From Candidatus Methylomirabilota bacterium (GTDB lineage: Bacteria > Methylomirabilota > Methylomirabilia > Rokubacteriales > CSP1-6): 22,495 nt of DNA. Below, piece by piece: positions 17,260 through 22,495 of this stretch; position 1 is the stretch's first letter, and each line of letters begins with the position of its first letter. Under the pieces are notes generated by a model that ran no database searches, was not told the DNA's origin, and saw only the letters and a program-made list of their open reading frames with translations. The translations under genes and the position numbers were made by a program. The stretch spans positions 1 to 22,495 of the forward strand of contig JBKPAK010000056.1 of the NCBI GenBank assembly GCA_046726415.1, given 5' to 3'.

Positions 17260-17622
17260 TCACGGCTGGCCAGTTTCGCACCGCCTGAGCGTATCCAGCG
17301 TCGCAAACCGAATCCCCCGTCCGGTCGTGGTGGTGTCGTGGCCCCGTCCGATCCACCTCCAGAGGGGACTCACGTGCGAGCGGCAGAATTCAGCCCGCCA
17401 ACCGAACGGGGATTGACTGAGGCGCACGTTGTAGCCGTAGTCCGTCATCGCAGTGATGACTTCGCTCGCGCCGGACCGGGAGTCGAGCCAGGCACACAGC
17501 ATGCGGCGCTCCGGGACGTCGTCGCGGAGTGAGGCGATCGCCAGGGCCGGCAGAAGCCAGCGGGGCGCGTCTCGATCGATGGCGCAGCTATCGGGCGCGA
17601 TCGGTTCCGGTTGGTCCGGCAT
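17260..17622 (-). CDS. Hypothetical protein (WLDSxSG family), possibly decaying
   Basis: PERRMLCAWLDSRSGASEVITAMTDYGYNVRL...WRAEF resembles a 'WLDSWxGxG...GM...G.DL.L...WRA.F' family that I recall from Rokubacteria genomes. Confidence 0.55.
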   Translation of the reverse strand: MPDQPEPIAPDSCAIDRDAPRWLLPALAIASLRDDVPERRMLCAWLDSRSGASEVITAMTDYGYNVRLSQSPFGWRAEFCRSHVSPLWRWIGRGHDTTTTGRGIRFATLDTLRRCETGQP

Positions 17623-17902
17623 TCCCCGGATCTTAGCTGATAGGCGATCCGGTCCGCACGTGTCGCTCGCGGGCGAGCAAAGCAGCCGCCGGCGGCCCGT
17701 CGATATCGATAGGAACCTGGCTACAATGAGCGGTGCATGGCTGAGATTTCGGAGTGTAGCGCATCGTACATTCCCTTCCGACGCTCGGCCCGCTCCGCCA
17801 CCTCAGAGGTGACCTTTCTGAAACTTCCGGATCACGTCGCCGATCTCGCTGGAGCGTGCTTCTTGAACGAGTCCGCGTCCTGACCGTGCAGGATGCGCAG
17901 CA

Positions 17903-18118
17903 CTACTCCTCCGGTGGATCGAACAGCCCGTCGACGGACGGCATCGTGTCGAGTCGGCCGTCGTGATCTCGGCCGTCCAGCTCGTCTTCCCACTGGTAGC
18001 CCGGCATCGGCAGCTCGCCATTTGCCTCCACGTACTGTTCACTCCACCCGTGGGCATCGAGCCAGACCTGCAGCAGGCGCCGTTGCGCGATCGTCATTCC
18101 ATCATGGGTGCTCTGCAT
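17903..18118 (-). CDS. Small acidic hypothetical protein
   Basis: AGGAG RBS 7 nt before ATG 18118. 71 aa, rich in D and E. It may once have extended to about 17803. Confidence 0.55.
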   Translation of the reverse strand: MQSTHDGMTIAQRRLLQVWLDAHGWSEQYVEANGELPMPGYQWEDELDGRDHDGRLDTMPSVDGLFDPPEE

Positions 18119-18155
18119 ACGTCTACTCCTGAGTCGTGGATTGTTTGCTGCGACA

Positions 18156-18231
18156 GGAGCCGGACTCTGAGCGCGTCCGCGTCCGGCTCCCTGCGCCTCC
18201 TATTGGAGGAGCCGCTTGACCAAGGGAGCGG
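18156..18231. other. Cluster of stem-loops downstream of the nuclease gene
   Basis: Perfect 10-bp inverted repeat GGAGCCGGAC (18156-18165) / GTCCGGCTCC (18181-18190). Also CCTCC-TATT-GGAGG (18196-18209) and CCGCT...AGCGG (18212-18231). Confidence 0.7.
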
Positions 18232-18249
18232 GCGGTCCGTCGGCTCGCC

Positions 18250-19083
18250 TCAGCCCCACGCCCAGCACTTGCTCCGGAATGGACAGTCCTTGCACTGCCA
18301 CCCCACGATCGGGTGGAAGGCGCCAGCCTCGATCGCCCGTAGCACCTCTGACGCCAGCCGGTAGAGTCGGACGTTGGCCGCCCGGTCGCGTGTCGTCCAG
18401 TGCCGGTGCAACTCCGGCTGCTTCGTCTTGGTCAGCACGTCGAAGCGAAGCTGGAGATCCTCCCTGCCGGCGTGCGGGCCGAGGGACATCGCGTAGCTGT
18501 AGATCGAAAGCTGTAGCGAGGCCTCCACTTGAAGATCGGAGTACTTGCGTGCCGAGGTCTTGAGATCGACGACGACCAACCCGCGCCGGGCGTCGCGCTC
18601 CAAGAGGTCCACCGTGCCCACGAGGTCGCGGTCCAGGACCTCACCCGTGTCGGAGTCGACCAGCGGAACCCGGAAGGGCTCTTCGACCGCGAGCACCTGG
18701 GTTCTTGGGTCGAACTCGCGGTGGAGAACAGCGAGCATCCGCATGACGAGGTCGCGGAGGCTCTCCTTCGTCTCCTTCTCCCCGAACCGGAGGGGCTGGG
18801 CCTGCGTCTCGAGGTTCCACAGGGCCTCGAAGTCGCCTTGCACGTCCTCGACCCCCGGCGGTTCCCCCTGCGCTACCCCACGGAAGAAGTAGGCCGCGGC
18901 GGCGTGGATCCCCGAGCCGAACGCCCGGGAGGCCGGCGCGAAGTCCGGCTCCAGGTGGTCGATGTAGATGAACCGGTACCTCGCCGGACAGCGGAGGTAC
19001 TGATCGAGCTGCGTGAAGCTCACGTGCTCGCTGCGCTTCGTGGCCCTGGTGCCCGGTGCGATGGTGATGACGGTCGTCGTCAT
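18250..19083 (-). CDS. PD-(D/E)XK nuclease, RecB/AddB/Cas4-like, with predicted 4Fe-4S cysteines
   Basis: Motifs SFTQLDQYLRCP, FGSGIH, LAVEEPF, LVGTVDLLE, VVVDLKT, QLSIY and C-terminal CKDCPFRSKC. AAGGAG RBS. Confidence 0.93.
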   Translation of the reverse strand: MTTTVITIAPGTRATKRSEHVSFTQLDQYLRCPARYRFIYIDHLEPDFAPASRAFGSGIHAAAAYFFRGVAQGEPPGVEDVQGDFEALWNLETQAQPLRFGEKETKESLRDLVMRMLAVLHREFDPRTQVLAVEEPFRVPLVDSDTGEVLDRDLVGTVDLLERDARRGLVVVDLKTSARKYSDLQVEASLQLSIYSYAMSLGPHAGREDLQLRFDVLTKTKQPELHRHWTTRDRAANVRLYRLASEVLRAIEAGAFHPIVGWQCKDCPFRSKCWAWG

Positions 19084-19105
19084 GGTGGACTCCTTGCAGA
19101 AACGG

Positions 19106-19138
19106 CACGGGGGAGAGAGCTCGTGCTCCCTCCCCGTG
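19106..19138 (-). promoter_or_regulatory. Intergenic hairpin between the annealase and nuclease genes
   Basis: CACGGGGGAGAGAGC-TCGT-GCTCCCTCCCCGTG. The A/C mismatch becomes a G-U pair on the minus-strand transcript. It ends about 10 nt upstream of the nuclease RBS. Confidence 0.65.
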
Positions 19139-19168
19139 GCAGGTGTGTGAGTAGCTGGACGGCGCGGC

Positions 19169-19834
19169 TCAGGCGGTCTGGCGCCTGAGGTTCGTCAGTT
19201 CCTTGATCAGGTTCGAGGCCTCGCCGCGGGTGAGCTGGCCGGGCTTCCGCCCGAAGGCTCGCGTGCTCATCCCCTCGACGTCGGCTGGGCCGAGCCCCCG
19301 GGCGCGGCCAATCTTGAGGATCGTGTAGAGCTGCCGCTCGGTGGCCTGCTCCGGCCGGTGGCCGTTAGTCGGGCTTGGCCCGGCAGGAGTGGCAGCAGCG
19401 ACCGGTCGCTCCGGGGCTGGCGGCCGGCCGTTGCCGGAGTGGCCAGGCCGTGGCGCGTGGCCGGCCAACGGCTTCTCAGCGTAGAGATGGAGTCCGACGC
19501 CGAGGAACGTAGCGCATTTCTTGAGGCAATCGGTCGCTGCCGACTTAAGGTCATCGCCAAGCGAGACCGGCTGGCCTGTGCTCTTCTCACGGGTGACTTG
19601 GCTCGCGCCGAAGCTCATCTTCGCGATGCTCTCGGCCGTGAGCTTCCCGAGGACGATGACCTCGTCCTCCCTAACCTCATGGTGGGTGATCTCGAAGGAC
19701 CACCCCCCGTCCAGCGCGTCGTTCAGCCGCTGGATCACGCTGTGGCCCTTCACGTAGCCCAGCATTCCGTTCCGGCCCTGGCGCCGGCGGATTTGCTCGG
19801 GGTCGAACGGCTTCTCCAGAAGCGCTCGGTTCAT
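19169..19834 (-). CDS. Rad52/Rad22-family (Sak-like) single-strand annealing protein
   Basis: Motifs LLEKPF, GHSVIQRLNDALDGGWSFEI and DDLKSAATDCLKKCATFLGVGLHLY, then a Pro-rich linker and a small C-domain (ATERQL...LTRGEASNLI). ATG overlaps the upstream TGA. Confidence 0.92.
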   Translation of the reverse strand: MNRALLEKPFDPEQIRRRQGRNGMLGYVKGHSVIQRLNDALDGGWSFEITHHEVREDEVIVLGKLTAESIAKMSFGASQVTREKSTGQPVSLGDDLKSAATDCLKKCATFLGVGLHLYAEKPLAGHAPRPGHSGNGRPPAPERPVAAATPAGPSPTNGHRPEQATERQLYTILKIGRARGLGPADVEGMSTRAFGRKPGQLTRGEASNLIKELTNLRRQTA

Positions 19835-20052
19835 GACCTGCCTCCTTCCTGGACGGTCTCGCGAGTGCGGAGCGCGGCGGCGACGAGACGGCGCAGCTCC
19901 TTGACCTCGCCCTCCACCAGCTCCGTCGTCAGTTCCTCGACCCGCTGGGTCAGGACCTGGACGGCGCCGGTAAGCTCGGCCGTCTCCTTCAGGGCCGTGC
20001 GCACCAGCGGGATCACGTCGAACCTCACCAGCTCTTCGAGCGACTGCGGCAT
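19831..20052 (-). CDS. Small predicted coiled-coil protein, translationally coupled to the annealase
   Basis: AAAGGGGG RBS before ATG 20052. Heptad-like LTGAVQVLTQRVEELTTEL. ATGA overlap with the next gene. Confidence 0.75.
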   Translation of the reverse strand: MPQSLEELVRFDVIPLVRTALKETAELTGAVQVLTQRVEELTTELVEGEVKELRRLVAAALRTRETVQEGGRS

Positions 20053-20062
20053 GTGGCATCCC

Positions 20063-20086
20063 CCTTTCGGTGTGGTCACCGAGAGG
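20063..20086 (-). promoter_or_regulatory. Hairpin overlapping the RBS of the first module gene
   Basis: CCTTTCGGTG-TGGT-CACCGAGAGG forms a 10-bp stem with one non-Watson-Crick position. Confidence 0.6.
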
Positions 20087-20413
20087 ACCAGACGAGATCA
20101 GATTCCTGGCTGGTGGGCTCGATCGCGGGTTGCGCGACGGTCGATCTCGCGCTCGAGGGCGGCGCGGTTGGCGACGCCGGAGGGACCGCCGGGGAGCGCT
20201 GCCGATGATGCGGTCGCCGGCGCGCTTCGCGATGCATTGTTTTCGGTGCCGTGCCCTACCGGGGGTGACCTCGGAGCGCAGAAGGAGGGCGAGCCTGACG
20301 TGGGACGATGGGCGCCGCGTCTTCTTCCTCACTCGTCATGTACGAGAGCTGAGCAGGGGCCGTCTGGCGGCAATCGCGTGTCATAGGGTCATCGGCGCTA
20401 GACTGACGCGAGC

Positions 20414-21385
20414 ATGCCCGATAACGATCACTACATCCCGCAGTTCATCCTGAGAGGTTTCGCCAGCCGCATCACCCGAGGAAGGCATCAGGTGTTTCTG
20501 TTCCGTCGTGACCAACCGAGCAAGGTCAGCGAGCCGAACATTCGGAACGTCGCCACCGTGAGCGGGTTCTACGGGGCGCTGACCCGGCGCTGACGCGACG
20601 CGAGTCGGAGGTTCAAGGCGCCGCGGTGCAGGAAGCGTGTCTGTCTGGTGTGATCGCCGGCCATCGTCGAGCTGGTTACGACGCTGAACGCTCGTAGCCG
20701 GAACCTGCGAAGGACGCTGGTCGAGGTAGGCGATCAGGCCTATCGTTCGACCGCTTGGATGCTTGGAACCCGACGCGGTTGTGGCGAGCTGGTCGACCTG
20801 ATGATCAAGACAATCGAAGAGGATTCGGCTTGGAGAGTCCAGCTCGCCAGCATAAGGCGCGGTATAAGGCGGAAGATGCTCGAAAGAGCCCTAGCCTCGG
20901 GGCTCGGCGATCGGGTCCTGGCAAGGATGCGTGAACAGCACGATCCGGAAAGGGCGGTGACGGCCTCCCACATCTCGGCCCTGTCGCAGGTCATCGGTGT
21001 ACCGCGGCCCGACCCCATGCAACTCGACTGGACCGTTCACGCCGTCTTGGCGCCCCTGATCCTTGGAGACGCGGGGCCACTCGCCGTCCCCGTCGATGGG
21101 ACCGCTATCGTGCCCCTTTTTCACATTGGCCAAGCGTATCGCGCGGTCGTGTTCCCCTTGTCGTCGCAACACCTGCTCGTGGGAGGGGGGACGCTGTCAA
21201 TCGACGATGACACCGTCGAGTAGGTGAACCTCGCGGGTGTCGAGGTGAGCCGGGAGTTCTTCATCTCCTCGCAGAACACAGATCGGGAGAAGCGGTACGC
21301 CGCCGCCATAGGCAAGAGAGCAGAACCCTTCGACGAGGACCGGGCGCGGTCTATTATGCTGGAGGTTCTCAGGGGCTTGTTGTGA
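20414..21385 (+). pseudogene. DUF4238-domain protein, disrupted
   Basis: N-terminus MPDNDHYIPQFILRGF...NIRNVATVSGFY matches the HYxPxFxLxxF signature. Frameshifts or stops lie at about 20575-20660. The middle part has LILGD and VVFPLSSQHLLV. After an in-frame TAG at 21221 the frame continues VNLAGVEVSREFFIS... to TGA 21383-21385. Confidence 0.8.
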
Positions 21386-22495
21386 GGGTCCAGCCGGGCT
21401 GATCACGTAGTCCCCCGGTATGTGCGGCGAGGAGGCGCTTCATGACTGCGGGCGAACCTGTGGGAAGCGGCGCGTGTGCCGCAGGCCAGTCTCGGTCAGA
21501 GCGCCAGGACTCCCTGTCGGACTCCGCCACCTTTGCGAAATCAGGGGGTCCCTCGCGGCCGATAGCGGCGCGCGGCCGCCGCGCCCGGTAGGCCCGCCAC
21601 ACCCGCCGCCACTCCGCCGGCGTGATCGCCGCGCCCGCCCGCTGCGTGCGGTAGATCTCAGCACCCAGCCGCGGTAACGCGCGCTCCGACGCTGCCTCGA
21701 TGCGGACGACCAGGGCGCGCGCGGCGGCGCCCAGCGCGACCGCCGCCTCGAGCGCCGCCTTGCGGAGTTGGTAGTGTGTCCAGGCGACTCCGGCCTGGTC
21801 GTGCGGCAACACGAGGGCGTAGAGTCGCTTGCCGAGCGCGGCGAGGTCGGTGAGCGAAGGGCAGCCGCTCGATCGTGACTATGAGTGCCCCGAAGCTGGC
21901 CCCCTGCCGGGCCTCCTACTCGTCGCGTGCACCGCACGCACGGCACCGGGGTAACTCCACCGCCTCGTCGTCAGGACAGTACGGTGCAGCGCAGTCCGCG
22001 CACACCGCCGTCTGCGCCTGCACGGAACCGAGGGCATGCCACGCGAGCAGGGCGCCGTCCGCGCCCTCATTCTGCACAGGCAACGCGGCAAGATGCCCAT
22101 CCTCTGCGACGTGCTCCGCCCACTCGCCGAGGAATTCCGCGTCGGCTAGTGCATCGCTGTCAGGGCAGCCTACTTCGAGTTCGAGACTGGCGACCAGATG
22201 CACGAGATCCTCGACGACCGCCGCCACGCCCGACCGGCGCGCCTCCGCCTCGTAGTAAGCGACGATGTCGCGCCCGACGTCGAGTGCCAAGAACAACTCG
22301 GCAAGGCCGGCGGCCTCGCGCGCCGTGCACTGGAACCGACGCATCAGCCGCGGCACCGTCAGGAAGGCCGGCGTGTCGCTGAGCGCCTCGTGCGGGATCA
22401 GCACCGTGTCGCCGGCGACGATCCCCTGCTCGAACCACAGCCGCTCCCCCTGGCTCAGCGATGAGATGTGCTCCAGCAGCCCGTGGATTGGCTCG
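21369..22495 (-). pseudogene. Hypothetical Zn-ribbon-containing protein, interrupted; start lies beyond the window
   Basis: The frame is open from the window end through CADC...CRACG to TAG 21916-21918. It continues EARQGASFGALIVTIE, then after a frameshift near 21865 reads CPSLTDLAALGKRLYALVLPHDQ..., joining ORF 21369-21812. The 3' end is uncertain. Confidence 0.65.

Noticed and set aside
18250..19083. Cas4-like nuclease as evidence of a CRISPR-Cas system
   Set aside because: No repeat-spacer array, cas1 or cas2 in the window; the context is a recombination module.
19835..20332. N-terminal extension of the annealase in the 387-aa ORF call
   Set aside because: Low-complexity Arg/Pro sequence that overlaps a better-supported small gene; Rad52 homology starts at ATG 19834, which has its own RBS.
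21221..21918. In-frame TAG codons (21221, 21916) as stop-codon recoding or pyrrolysine
   Set aside because: Both genes also carry frameshifts, and TAG terminates intact genes in this window (1589, 2994, 9333).

Overview
High-GC bacterial DNA. The gene style and small hypothetical families suggest Candidatus Rokubacteria/Methylomirabilota, but this is inference only. The window has three parts. (1) 1-6862: the left end of an rve-type insertion element, an M24-fold hydrolase with non-canonical metal ligands, and a + strand operon (D-glutamate cyclase-like DUF4392 protein, Tat-exported family-5 ABC binding protein, two permeases, frameshifted RidA; no ATPase). (2) 7489-15749, - strand: a PotABCD-like ABC importer with a Tat-exported binding protein, then an isochorismatase-family amidase and two tandem PuuE-like CE4 hydrolases. 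About 1.5 kb of debris (truncated, frameshifted leuC and binding-protein remnants) separates importer from enzymes and is bracketed by two diverged copies of the same binding-protein 3' end. (3) 15767-22495: a decaying accessory/mobile region with a 5'-truncated FabF-like ketosynthase (His->Gln), a degenerate receiver domain, small hypotheticals, an intact-looking coiled-coil/Rad52-like annealase/Fe-S PD-(D/E)XK nuclease module with hairpins in the spacers ahead of its ribosome-binding sites, an oppositely oriented DUF4238 pseudogene and a broken Zn-ribbon gene. I saw no tRNA, rRNA or CRISPR array. All family calls come from motif recognition, not database searches.
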